From positions 1,240,001 through 1,304,000 of the forward strand of contig NIVC01000040.1 in assembly GCA_002269645.1 (NCBI GenBank): a stretch of DNA of 64,000 nucleotides. Direction: 5' to 3'. Under the pieces are notes generated by a model. The model saw only the letters and a list, made by a program, of their open reading frames with translations, was not told the origin of the DNA and searched no databases. Source of the DNA: Macrostomum lignano. Its lineage: Eukaryota. Shown here piece by piece: positions 1-11,293 of this stretch. The position numbers were made by a program, and so were the translations under genes. The stretch's first letter is position 1. The number at the start of each line of letters is the position of its first letter.

Positions 1-680
1 GGAGCCTCCCCCCCAACTAAACCCCGGGTACTCTTGCCAACAGACAGTCTCTTATCTTTGAAGCGGCAGGAGGGCTAATCGCCGGGACTATTTCACCCTT
101 TGCTTCGCCAACCCGCCATTTCTATTGTGACCGTGCCAACGGTCCCGTCCTGCTCAGACTCAGTCCTGGTTCTGGCACACTCCAGCTTTAATAGGGTCGC
201 TGGCTGTACGCTCAGAGGGCACTCCGAGGGAGTCCGTCGGGCACCTTGGTACAGGTATAGGCCTGCCTTCCTATACAGCTACCCACAGCCCTTCCCGATC
301 CACTATTACCCTCCAACCCAGCCTACTCACTCATTACAAGCTTTCAGCCAGGCAGAGACAAGTTTCACAGGAGTGACTGCGGTTAGGCGTCTCTATGCGA
401 GACAAAACCATGGCCAACCAAGCCAATAAAAACTATTATTAATCTTTTATAAGTAACGTTATCAGCTTGTAATTTCGTACTTTACAACTATTTGCGTAGA
501 CTGGACTACTTCTAGTACACTGCATTGGGTCAGTGCAGGCATTTTTACAATATACATGTTTCATATCAAGTCTCTGAATTGCATGCGCGAAGAAGACACT
601 GATCCATACTCTGTGTACATTGACAAATGCATGGATATTTTCTCAATGCAGAGTGGAGGTTAATTGCTTTGGTATGGAGG

Positions 681-745
681 ACCTTCAAGTCATGAGTCCG
701 ACGCTTTAACTACTAGGCTACAACCCCATGTAGGCCAAGCATCAG
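681..745 (-). mobile_element. Truncated SINE head plus flank, duplicate of 2035-2099
   Basis: ACCTTCAAGTCATGAGTCCGACGC...CAAGCATCAGA is identical to 2035-2099, and both copies are followed by (GA)n. Confidence 0.8.
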
Positions 746-792
746 AAAGAGAGAGAGAGAGAGGGAGGGAGAGAGAGAAAGGGAAAGAGAGA

Positions 793-877
<85 letters not shown>

Positions 878-931
878 GGGAAAGAGAGAGAGGGAGAGAG
901 AGAGAGAGGGAGAGAGAGAGAGAGAGAGAGG
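746..931. repeat. (GA)n microsatellite
   Basis: Nearly pure GA dinucleotide run with a few GGA/AAAG interruptions. Confidence 0.95.
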
Positions 932-949
932 AGGGCGCCTCCAATCTCA

Positions 950-1825
950 GGCACGGACGCGGTACATGTAAAAAGGACAAACAAGTCAAGTTGATTTAAG
1001 TTGCCGATATTTCGAATTAGGTAAATTCTTCGTCAGGGCAAGTGAAAAGTAGCGACAAGTGGTGTTGTAAAAGTTATTAAATAGGCGGGTTAGAGGGGAG
1101 AGAGAGTAGACAGGTAGATTGAGAGCGTACGGTATGTACACTTGGTGTGAGTCGATAAAACACTATTAGAGTTGAAAATGCAAAATAAAAAACAGTGCAC
1201 AAATAAAGTGAACCGCACGTGGGCTGCAGCGATCCTACACACGAAATAAATAATGGAATGGTGCGACTGCACCGGTGTCTAAAAAGGGTGTCTAAAAAGA
1301 AAGAGTGACTCCAAGCACTTTACAAAATGGACCTCAATAAATAAAAAAGGTGAACAGGCCCTCAAAAACTAAAAAGAGCAATTGTACGATAAGCAAAAGA
1401 GTAAAAGTAAAAAGTGTAATAAAAAAGTACAGGGTGTCAAGAAACAATAGAAATGTAAATGCAGAATAAATGCTGAGAATATACAAAAGCTGTGCTTGGG
1501 CTAGCGATGAGAATAAAAAAAAATTCTAAGAAACGAGCAATAAAAGGCTTGGTAGGTACCGGCACGGTCTGACAAAGGTAAGTAGTAGGGAAAGTGAAGT
1601 AAAAAATCAAAAGGAAAAAAAATAAAAAACTTCAATCAGTGGTGGACTCCAGTCGACTGGGACAGAGCAGCTGCCGGAGGTTCCGCCCTTTGGTGTAGGC
1701 GGGCAGCACCGGGGCCTCGCAGCACCGGGCCACGCGGTCCTTCACCGCGGCCACCAGGGCGTCCGACCTCGCACAATGGGGCAGGATCAGCGGGATGGCC
1801 GGGTTGTGCAGCGTGCAATCAATCT
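950..1825 (-). mobile_element. 5'-truncated Penelope-like retroelement: RT-thumb C-terminus, T-rich 3' region and hammerhead
   Basis: Minus frame ending at stop 1632-1634 reads DCTLHNPAIPLILPHCARSDALVAAVKDRVARCCEAPVLPAYTKGRNLRQLLCPSRLESTTD*. This resembles the PLE post-thumb motif (PLVLPY...P..AY.R..NLRDLLV.S.L). It is followed by about 600 nt of T-rich sequence and a hammerhead near the 3' end. Confidence 0.65.
1001..1041 (-). ncRNA. Minimal type I hammerhead ribozyme
   Basis: Minus strand reads UUGCC-CUGACGA-A-GAAUU(uaccu)AAUUC-GAAA-UA-UC-GGCAA. It has the conserved core, 5-bp helices I and II, a palindromic AUAU helix III and an AUC cleavage triplet (cut predicted between 1006 and 1005). 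Confidence 0.8.
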
Positions 1826-1870
1826 ACGCCTCTACATTTATAGCATTTATAGCTGTGTATGGCTGTTCAA

Positions 1871-2080
1871 TCCAAGGACTGGACTGGGGGGTCACGCACA
1901 CACTCTTAATTACCCAAGCTATAAATGCTAGCACTCATTTTACAGCTGGGTGAACTGAAGCAATGCAGTGAAGCAATGAATTATCTTGCTCAAGGACACA
2001 AATTGTTCCGACTCGCTCGAGAGTCGAACCCCCGACCTTCAAGTCATGAGTCCGACGCTTTAACTACTAGGCTACAACCC
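1871..2080 (-). mobile_element. tRNA-Met(CAT)-derived SINE with CORE(MIR)-like domain
   Basis: Reverse complement has a tRNA-like head (TAGCCTAGTAGTTAAAGCGTCGGACTCATGACTTGAAGGTCGGGGGTTCGA, with A/B boxes and CAT loop). It is followed by GTGTCCTTGAGCAAG...CTTCAGTTCACCCAGCTGTAAAATG, similar to the MIR CORE. A related copy lies at 9006-9209. Confidence 0.8.
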
Positions 2081-2097
2081 CATGTAGGCCAAGCATC

Positions 2098-2269
<172 letters not shown>

Positions 2270-2429
2270 AGGCATTGCTTAAGGAGGGAGTTGCTGAGAC
2301 GCCGAGTAAAAACTTTACTTTTCATGTTTTGTTGTCTCCCAACTGGGACAAACCTTGCTACTAATATTGAAGAAAAGCAACAGCAACAGCAAGCAACATC
2401 AATGACAGCAAGAGCCACAGCAACGCCGA

Positions 2430-3060
2430 AGACGAATCTGATCGTCTACGCGGATGACCTCAACCGCGTCCGCCTCGTCCCCAAACAGCATTTCTCTCGA
2501 AGAAAAGCTCAACGACTACCTAGCCGAACTTTCTCCTTCCCTCGAGTCGCATAAATTGCAGATTTCAGCCTCGAAATGTACCGCCACCCATTTAGCCCGG
2601 GCAAGAGCAGGTACTCGCGGCAACTACGTCTCTACATGTACATCAACGGCACACAACTCCTGCCAGCGCTACACTAAAAATTCTGAGTGTCACGTTCGAC
2701 CCCCAGCTGTCTTTCTCGAGACATGTCTCTAACCTAGCGGAGAAAGTAAGGAAGAGAGCCAGCATTCTGCACTGACTTACCGGCTTTGTTTTAAGCCGCT
2801 GTAAAGAATTGCTCTCCAGACTGTCCAGAATGCGGCAACCGCTGCATTAACGGCCGCACTGCTCTAACATCCGAAGCTGATCTTTATTGTGAAGTCCTGT
2901 TGCTCCCATCCGCCAGCACAACTGCCTCCTGTCGCTGCAGTTCAAGCTCCCAATCAGGTGTCCTGAGCATCCGTGCCACCACTTGTCAGCTCTACCTCCA
3001 ACGCGTAGACTCATGAAGGCCTCTATTTTCACGGCGAAACATTGCAACGCAGACTGGTCA
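2430..3060 (+). pseudogene. Degenerate non-LTR (LINE) reverse transcriptase fragment
   Basis: Across frameshifts it reads LIVYADDL...SASSPNSISLEEKLNDYLAELSPSLESHKLQISASKCTAT, then LQTVQNAA...LYCEVLLLP..RQHNCLLSLQF...PEHPCHHL. This is the YADD motif plus downstream LINE RT/thumb motifs. Confidence 0.7.
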
Positions 3061-3094
3061 CCGGTACCAAATACGTCAACTGAATATATATTTC

Positions 3095-5303
3095 TGATGT
3101 AACCACGCTCTGGTCGCGGGATAGGGCATGGGAACTTTTTCGAAAGTGCCTCCTATCCCGTGCACCCTCTGCACAGAGCTGTCGAGACTCGGCCAGGTCT
3201 CCGACCGGGCCTGGAGACTCCCGCTCTGCTGCACCCCTCCTGCTGCCTTGGTCCCGTCTCTCCTGCCGCCACACCTGCCTTCCGGAGCCCCCTACCCCTT
3301 TCTGTACCTCCCCCTCTACCCTATGTCTTCTGTTTCCGCCCTATTCTTCCTGTACTTTCTCTATCTCCTCTCTTTTTTGTCTCCCTCTGCACTCTTTTCC
3401 TGCGCTGCCCCCTCCTTCTCTGTGTCTACTTACAGTATTTTGTGTGCTCACCGTCTCCCCATCCCCTCCCAAACTCCCAAACGGTGACGCAAGTCGTGTG
3501 ACCCCTTCTTCCCCCCGATGACTCATCGATGACTCATCCCCCTCTCTTGCGCAACCTTTTCTCACGCCATTGTTCTCCTCCCCAAATTTCTCATGCGACA
3601 CCCACCCCACCTCCGCTTCTATTGTTCTCGTTTTTGCTTCTTTTGTTCTCTCGACCCCCACCAATTATCACATTTTCTCCGATTTTCTCTTTCTTTTGTT
3701 CTCGTTTTCGCACCTAATTATCACCTTTTCTCCAATGTTTACTTTTCCATTGTTCTCAGTTTTCCCCAATTATCCCCGATTTCCAATTCCTTTGTTCTCG
3801 ACCCCAGCCCTATTGTTCTCAATGTTTGCTTGCGCAACACTTTCGCGACCACCCGCTGCGCCAATTATCCCCCCACCCCACCTCCGGATTGCGCAATTTC
3901 CCTATTTCTCATGTTGCTATGCCGGTCTCATGCTTCTCATCATGACTCATTCTGACGTCATTCTGCCGGCAGCCAATCAGAGAGAGGGAGCCATGGTAAC
4001 GACCTTGAGGAGGCGGCTGTGAGGTCTATAAAAGGAAGCGATTTCGGCATGAGAAACCTCAACCTTTTTTTCCTCTCCTCGTCCTTCTTTGGACTTGCAG
4101 TCAGATTGAGTTCTGACCCATTCGTCTAGAAGACGAATCCCTGCCGGTCCGCGGTCTGTTACCGCCAAGTTATCCTTAGCTCCCCAAGTGAGCTCGCCTA
4201 TCGGCCAGCGGTCTGATACCGCCCAGCATCATCAGCATCGCCTGATCTACATCAGCGCCTCGTCGCTCCAGCGCATCGCCGCTTCACTGTCTGCCTGACT
4301 GCAGCCTACAGCCGCCCTCTGTCACTCCGCCTCTCTCTCTCTCTGTGCAGCTGCCGGTAAGTTCCTGTTACTAATTTGTGCTCTAATTGCCTTTGCTTAT
4401 CCGGGGTTTGCCTATTTTCCATTGTCTGATTAGAGAGCTGAGCCAATTGTGATACCGTATCTTTTGCTGTATTTTACTCAATAGTGAAGCCGCCTAATTG
4501 CCTGATTATTCGCCTAAGGGCCTAATTATTAACTATTAACTAACTTCATCATTATTCAATCTTTCACCATCATTTCACTCATGGCTTGCTACGCCTTTCT
4601 CCCGGGTGGCAAAGCATAAGGAAGTTTGGGTAAGCTAATGGCCTCTCCCCGTGCAAAGCCCGCCTGTGAGTGCGTGCTGCGGGGCCGCGTGTGTGTGCAG
4701 TAGAGGGATTAGCGAGTCTTGGCACAGAATGGCAGTAGGAAGGTTGCAACCCCATGCTGACGCGTCCCTTCGCCCTGAGCAATCTAAACTGTAGACAGTA
4801 CATGTTCGCCTCATACTACTCTTAGTAATCAAAGTCGCAAGTCAGCCTCGCTCACAGCCACAAAGGATCCCCTGCTGAGGAATCCTCCAGGATTGAGCCC
4901 AGAGTTCCCGATCATGCCCCAAGCAGAGTCCCTGTACTCGGCTGCATGCGTCTCCCCTGTTAGCCTAAATCCCCTGGTAACCAATCCAGGCGGGGCTCTA
5001 GCCTCGAGAGGTCTGGTAGAAAGATCCAGGTGCGCCAGGTCACATAGAGTGGTGGCAGCCACTCGGTCATACCATGACCGAGTGACCAACTATTGCACCT
5101 TGGCTACAGGTGGGGTCCATGTGGGTCCTTAGCCCTCTGGTCACGAAGCGCTACCAAAGCTACTAATCATGTGGGCGGGACAGTCTGGTGCTGGAGGTCC
5201 GTCAGGTTATTGCCTGGTCATAGGCAGCCTACGGTCATTGCCCCCTCTAGCCAAGCGTTCGTCTCTCAATAGGAGCGGACAGGCGACAAGGGCGGTTACA
5301 TCA
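3095..5303 (+). mobile_element. Solo LTR, 2209 bp, with 4-bp TSD TTTC
   Basis: Starts TGATGTAACC and ends GGTTACATCA (10-bp inverted termini, TG...CA). Flanked by TTTC at 3091-3094 and 5304-5307. Internal CCAAT (about 3973) and TATAAAA (4027); no long coding ORF. Confidence 0.75.
3969..4040 (+). promoter_or_regulatory. Putative LTR promoter (CCAAT and TATA)
   Basis: GCAGCCAATCAG lies about 55 nt upstream of CTATAAAAG. A consensus donor CCG|GTAAGT follows at 4356/4357. Confidence 0.45.
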
Positions 5304-5698
5304 TTTCCTGAATATATATTTCCTAAATAACGCATATACCCAGCCAGAAGGAATGAGCATAATCTTTAGGAATCAAACTTCACGCCAAGCGCAACTGAAA
5401 AGTTTCGTGTTGTTTTTTTGACTGCCTGTTAGCGTTTTGTCTGAAGTTTTAACAATGTTGGCATTTATCATTGTTGGGAGTTATTTCACTTGCACCTCCT
5501 TAAAAACAACCTACTGATAACTCCACTATTGTAAAAATACTCTTCAACCACTCAAACAGCCTCTTAGATTGAAATTTCGATTTCACCGTGTCTTGAACAT
5601 ATGTAGGACGACATATGTAGGACATGTATACAAAATCCTGAAGTAGGCATTATTGATTTTCAATTTTAAAGCGACTAAATTGCTGTCTCTTGTTGCAG

Positions 5699-6626
5699 AG
5701 CACCCGAACTGTAAGTTCATCCTCAATCCACCAATATATACGAGTAGCTATAATTTCCTTCGTTGTATTTATAGTGCAAACGCTTTATTTAACCTTCTGA
5801 ATGTTTGGTAAAGGGGTTGGTGTGGGGACAATGGCCGAAACGGATCTCACTCTCACTCCTAAATTGAACCAATGTCTTCTGGCCGGACCCACTTTGAACT
5901 CTGAGCAGAAGATCGCGTCTTCGTTGGGATCGACCCGTCCCCAGGCAGACACAGTACAGTACGATTCTCCAGCCCTCTAAGAAATAACGCAGCTCACTCA
6001 ACATACTCCTGGATTCCACGAGTCCGACAGGCAAGCGAGCGACGGGCTTGGTTGCACGGAGCTCTGAGTAGTATCGTAGTTGACTGACTCAGCTGAGTGA
6101 GCTCTCGATCGTCTGAGTTTATCTGAGTATCTGAGTCTGAGTAGACTCTGCACACCACCCATGCCATCAACCTCAAGAAACAAATGATATAAATATTGTA
6201 CACTGCTTCACCCTTGGTGCACCGATCCCGACTACAACTGACGATGCGATTAGCGCCCTTTCACTTTACTTGTTCATGAGATTAAGCATAAGCAGTTTGT
6301 TAATTTGTTGTTCGCTTAATGTTTAATTAGTTTGCATAAAAATTTCAGTTAAACTGCTCGGTTGCTACTTACATTCCAAAAAGCAGAATAACCTACGCCT
6401 CTACATATCATCCAGCGAGTCAATGACAATCGAGAGCTGCCGAAAGGACTGCAGTGTCACTACTGCTCCTTACTTTGGAGTAATAAGTGGAACTTATTGC
6501 TACTGCGGTGATTCAATAATGGGGACGCAATTGTCATTAAGAAAATGTGATTACAGGTGTCCGGGAAATCCAAAGCAGATCTGCGGTGGTTTTGACTCGA
6601 TGGTAGTGTACGAGCATCTTTTATGA
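5699..6626 (+). CDS. WSC-domain protein, 3' exons (candidate 12-nt microexon 5699-5710; exon 6349-6626)
   Basis: After acceptor TTTCAG (6348) the exon reads KLLGCYLHSKKQ...SMTIESCRKDC...YFGVISGTYCYCGDS...CDYRCPGNPKQICGGFDSMVVY, which is the WSC cysteine pattern. The microexon has TTGCAG and GTAAGT borders and a compatible phase. The first exon was not identified. Confidence 0.75.
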
Positions 6627-6889
6627 GGCCTGATTTATTATTTATCAAAGACGTAACTAACTTTGAAGGACACATCCTTGAAAAACATGATGATTCTGAT
6701 AACAAATAAACGCGATCTTTAAACATTGTCCGCAGTGTCCGTGTTTCCTCAAACAATATATACTTCTTAAGTACCGCACTGACGCAGAAAGTTTTGCTGT
6801 TAAAAATGCTGCAGCAGAGCCTCATATGTGTAACTCTGTGGTCACAGCCTCATATTCTAGTGTAGAGCACAGACTTCAACAGCTGGGTG

Positions 6890-7200
6890 TACGAGTGCAC
6901 GTGTGGTAAGAATGGGGACCTGTCGTTCAGTAGCAGGAAGGAGAAGGTGAGCTTTAGAAGGATGCGCACAGGCCACGATCGATCGAATTGGCGGCCTACA
7001 GGAAGAGGATCGGGCTTCAACAAGACGAAAGCTAATGCCGGATGTTGCGGCTTGGAAGATGAGACAATGCAGCATGTCTGGGACATCCCGGCGACGTGTA
7101 AAGGGAGGAGGGTGTGGTGTTGCAGCGGCCTTCGGGCGGTCTGTGAACAACCGGAAGAAGCTATGAAGTACTGGGAGTGATGGAGAGGTCACCCGCCGTG
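6890..7200 (+). pseudogene. Degenerate LINE ORF2 C-terminus (I/R1/LOA-group-like Zn-knuckle region)
   Basis: SRKEKVSFRRMRTGHDRSNW...GCCGLEDETMQHVW resembles the SR.E.V.L.RLRTGH...C.CG..ET..H motif. There is an in-frame stop at 7178-7180. Confidence 0.5.
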
Positions 7201-7384
7201 GGGGGCCAGGGAGGAGGCCCCTAGCCGTGGATGAAAGGTGGTTGGCAACAACAACAACTGCAGCAGATGTGACGAAGCGAGTGACGAAAATTGACGAGAG
7301 AAAGAGACCGGTGCGATTGACCGCCGACACCGACTCCGAAGACGAGACCGACAGCCCGAGTAAAGAGACGTCAAGCGAAGAGTT

Positions 7385-7564
7385 GAGAGGCCGGCAGACG
7401 GGAGGCCATAAGAGGCCGGCAGACGGGAGGCCATGAGAGGCCAGCAGACGGGAGGCCATGAGAGGCCAGCAGACGGGAGGCCATGAGAGGCCGGCAGACG
7501 GGAGGCCATGAGAGGCCAGCAGACGGGAGGCCATGAGAGGCCAGCAGACGGGAGGCCATGAGAG
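7385..7564. repeat. 25-bp minisatellite, about 7 copies
   Basis: Unit GAGAGGCCAGCAGACGGGAGGCCAT. Confidence 0.9.
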
Positions 7565-8064
7565 GTCGGCGGCATTATGATGAGCAACGAAACCCGAAGC
7601 CAGATGCCAGATGAAGGGATGATGATTTGACGAGAAAATTGGTGGGCGGCTGCAATGGCATGGTCCTTTGTTTTAACTAATTTATTCACGTTAGGGAATT
7701 TTTTTTTCGGGCGCCATGTAGAGAAAAATAAGAAAGACTACCTAATTTGAATTAAAAATTTATACATAAGTAGGGCGCACGCCAAGAGCCAATCAGAAGG
7801 AAGCGAGGGGAGAGAGATGAGACTAACGACATTGAACTGGCCAGAGAGAGAGAGAAAACAGAGTAAACAACGACAAGTGCAAATGAACTGAAGAAGTGAG
7901 CAAGAAAGTCTCGAAACTTGCAGCGTGGGTTCAGCAAACGCCAAATTATTGTCTGCGAATTTAAAGAAGCAGGCCGAATGATGCTTTTGTCATTGAAAAT
8001 AATAATCAAGTGGGAATCCTCATTCGCTGTAGCAGCCACTGACACATGACTGCAATCGGCCATT

Positions 8065-8840
8065 GCCAATCAAGCTGATAAAAGGCCAATCAAGCTGATA
8101 GAAAGCCAATCAAGTTGATAAAAAGCCAATCAAGCTGATAAAAAGCCAATCAAGCTGATAAAAAGCCAACCAAGCTGATAAAAGGCCAATCAAGCTGATG
8201 AAAAGCCAATCAAGCTGATAAAAAGCCTATCAAGCTGATAAAAAGCCAATCAAGCTGATAAAAAGCCAATCAAGCTGATAAAAGGCCAATCAAGCTGATA
8301 AAAAGCCAATCAAGCTGATAAAAAGCCAATCAAGCTGATAAAAAGCCAATCAAGCTGATAAAAAGCCAACCAAGCTGATAAAAGGCCAATCAAGCTGATG
8401 AAAAGCCAATCAAGCTGATAAAAAGCCTATCAAGCTGATAAAAAGCCAATCAAGCTGATAAAAAGCCAATCAAGCTGATGAAAAGCCAATCAAGCTGATG
8501 AAAAGCCATTCAAGCTGATAAAAAGCCAATCAAGCTGATAAAAAGCCAATCAAGCTGATAAAAGGCCAATCAAGCTGATAAAAAGCCAATCAAGCTGATA
8601 AAAAGCCAATCAAGCTGATAAAAAGCCAATCAAGCTGATAAAAAGCCAGGGCTGATAAAAAGCCAATCAAGCTGATAAAAAGCCAATCAAGCTGATAAAA
8701 AGCCAATCAAGCTGATAAAAAGCCAATCAAGCTGATAAAAAGCCAGGGCTGATAAAAAGCCAATCAAGCTGATAAAAAGCCAATCAAGCTGATAAAAAGC
8801 CAATCAAGCTGATAAAAAGCCAATCAAGCTGATAAAAAGC
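8065..8840. repeat. 20-bp minisatellite, about 38 copies
   Basis: Unit AAGCCAATCAAGCTGATAAA with few variants. Confidence 0.95.
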
Positions 8841-9005
8841 ACGGATTCCGTCTACAGGACTTGATTCTTAATTGAATCCTCCACTTGACTGACTTTTTGG
8901 CTGTGGTAAGTGCAGTTGCACGTGCATGTTGACTGAAAAATCTTACTCCTTGCTTAGCTTCTGAACCAGCCAGTAGTACGAGTATATAAAGAGCGTTGAT
9001 CTTCG

Positions 9006-9209
9006 GAGCTTGTAGCCTAGTGGTTAGACTGTCGGATTTACGACTGAAACGTCGTTTCTTTCTCGACCCTACTCGGAACAATTGGTGTCCAGCTTGAGCA
9101 AGACACTCAACTCTGCATTGCTTCAGTTCACCCAGCTGTAAAATGGGTGCCAGCATTAGCTGGGGTAATTATTGAGGGTGTGTGTGGCGACCCCCTATCC
9201 TTGGACTGG
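9006..9209 (+). mobile_element. Diverged copy of the tRNA-derived CORE-type SINE
   Basis: TTGTAGCCTAGTGGTTAGAC...CTTGAGCAAGACACTCAACTCTGCATTGCTTCAGTTCACCCAGCTGTAAAATGGGTGCCAGC...CCTTGGA is collinear with the reverse complement of 1871-2080. Confidence 0.8.
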
Positions 9210-10449
9210 ACGGCCGTACGCAGGCTTCAGATGCGCCGCGCAATAGCTACGGCTGAGCTGTCGGTTGCACATCTGCCCATTAGGGTTGTTGTATTGAAGG
9301 CTATAATTTTGGCAGCTGCCTAGGTGTGAAAAATCAGAAGAAGACCCAACGCCGGAGATGTGCCCGCAGATTGCATTCGGAACTTTCGGAACTTTACTCC
9401 ATTTTGGCATGAAACCGAAAAAATTCCTTTGAAGGGATTTTTCGCAAAAATTCTGCATTCATCCATGTGCTCTTGAAGGCCTGTCATTGCTATGCGCTCG
9501 TAAAACGATCATGTTAAAAATCTCATGCAGCACTTCTTCAAAGCGGTGGCCATTCAAAAGTCATGGCACACCATGTGCTCCGATCCGTAGCTGTCTCATT
9601 ATTCTGATTTCTGATATTTATTCTGACTTATTGTATACACTTGTAATAAAGCTTTTAATAATAATATTTACTAAATCAAAATCCGAACCCAGGTCGCTGC
9701 ATTAGCAGTTCAGTCTGTTGATCTAGGCTAGCTCTCATCGCAGTTGTAGTCCTTCAATTCAATTTCACATTGAGTCGGTTAGGTCACAGGAAGCAGTTTT
9801 TGACGTAATCGACCTCTCCGTCATGTCTCCATTAAAGTGTTGTCGCACTGTATTATTACAGCTACGCGATTTTAGTCTGGTTTAAGGCCAAACTTTATGA
9901 TGCAATCATCATTTAATTCCATTGAAAGGGCCCAGTATGTCGAAAACCCTTCTGGACCATTGCAAAAAACTAAAAGCAGTTTTTAAAATAGTTAATCCCC
10001 TTTAGCATTGATCAATTTTTAAGCCACTATATGAACAAGTATAGATTCTGTAAAATTTCTGATCGAACGGTGTAAGTTTTTAAAAAATCGGTCTCGACAT
10101 AAACATCTTTACGACCATATTTACCCTCTTTGAGGTTTATTTTCCCTCCTTTGACATGCGATAGCCTAAAATAAAGACAGCATAATATGAAGTAATTGTA
10201 CAGCATATGGTGAAAAAGTCTCAAGAACGAAATCAAGTCTATATTTATAGCCTGTCATCTGCATCAGCTTCACTTTGATTGGTGTTGTCGATGGAAGGAC
10301 GGATTTATATTTTACTACAAGTAGCTTCATTAGTTGATTAGCAGGTCGAACTGCTGCCAAGAGTGTCGTCTACCCTCGAGTGGTCATTTCCCACCCACGA
10401 TCAGTGGTTCAGTCATTCCACCTTCGTTACACTCGCCATCCCCAGATTT

Positions 10450-10930
10450 TTTGTCGCATGCAAACCTATTTATCCCGAATCATATTCAAACAATAAATCA
10501 ATGAACTTTTATTCATACTCCATTATTCAATAAGTAATAGAGTTATCATAATTACTTTGCCCAGGGACATAAAACTCAACTCTCAACTCGAAGTGGCTCT
10601 GAGAACTATCGGTCCGTAATACGTTAATTAAGGTAGTGGCAGCATGATGCTACTACTCTTATCAAGCATACAAGAAAATCGACGTACATTAAATCTGTGT
10701 CTGAGAACCTGAACGACCGAGCAAACGACCGCTCGACTAAGACTTAATCTAATTGCGGACCCCGGTAGATGGAGGATCCAAGCGGAATTTACGAGTTCAC
10801 TGCGCGATATTTTTCTGCTTGAACTCAACGCAGGCGGCAATTCAATTTTTTCTAAACGTCCCTCTCATCGGCGCCAACTACCAAATACGAATTGCTCAAC
10901 TTTTGCTTTCCGATCCACCCCGATCTCAAT
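10450..10930 (+). mobile_element. Diverged fragment related to the 1-kb insert at 45300-46324 (opposite orientation)
   Basis: Shares blocks in the same order with the reverse complement of the insert: GCTCTGAGA..TCCGTAATACGT.AATTA.GGT.GTGGCAGCA, TGAACGACCG..AACGACCGCTC and GAACTCAACGC.GGCGGCAATTCAA. Confidence 0.6.
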
Positions 10931-11104
10931 ACGCGCGCTACGAAGATAGGAAGTTTTCATTCTTCAGCACAAAAATTGCTATTGCTTTCGATAGGAGGCA
11001 GATCCAGTGTTCATCTTTTGATATGTTGGACCTTTCTTATAGCTCTATTGAAACTCATAATACTCATTTTAATTTTTTTCTACATATGTACATGTACAAT
11101 TGTA

Positions 11105-11293
11105 CATGTTCTGTGCCTAAAAACAAATAAAATGGCACAGCTCGACTCATTGGTTTTGTGAATCTACTTTATCATCTTTGTTACACCTACTGTTACTTAG
11201 TGAGCTAAGAAGCATACGCTCGTAAAATAGATTCATAAAACCAATGAGCCGAGCTTTGCCAGAACATGATAAAGATTTTAGGCACAGAACATG
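11105..11293. repeat. Imperfect palindrome (MITE-like), about 190 bp
   Basis: CATGTTCTGTGCCTAAAA pairs with TTTTAGGCACAGAACATG. An inner 33-bp arm pair lies at about 11134-11166 and 11228-11260. Confidence 0.65.

Noticed and set aside
1-130. Possible HDV-like ribozyme in a LINE-like 5' UTR (minus strand)
   Set aside because: A P1-like pairing (GUCCCGG/CCGGGGU) exists, but I could not place P3/L3/P1.1 in the required order.
2005-2080. Possible tRNA-Met gene
   Set aside because: The acceptor stem is not closed, the sequence continues into a CORE-like body, and it recurs in diverged copies. It is a SINE head.
10027-10840. Short minus-strand ORFs that look protein-like
   Set aside because: There is no recognisable domain or consistent splice structure. 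Part of the region is explained as a relative of the 45.3-46.3 kb LTR-like insert.
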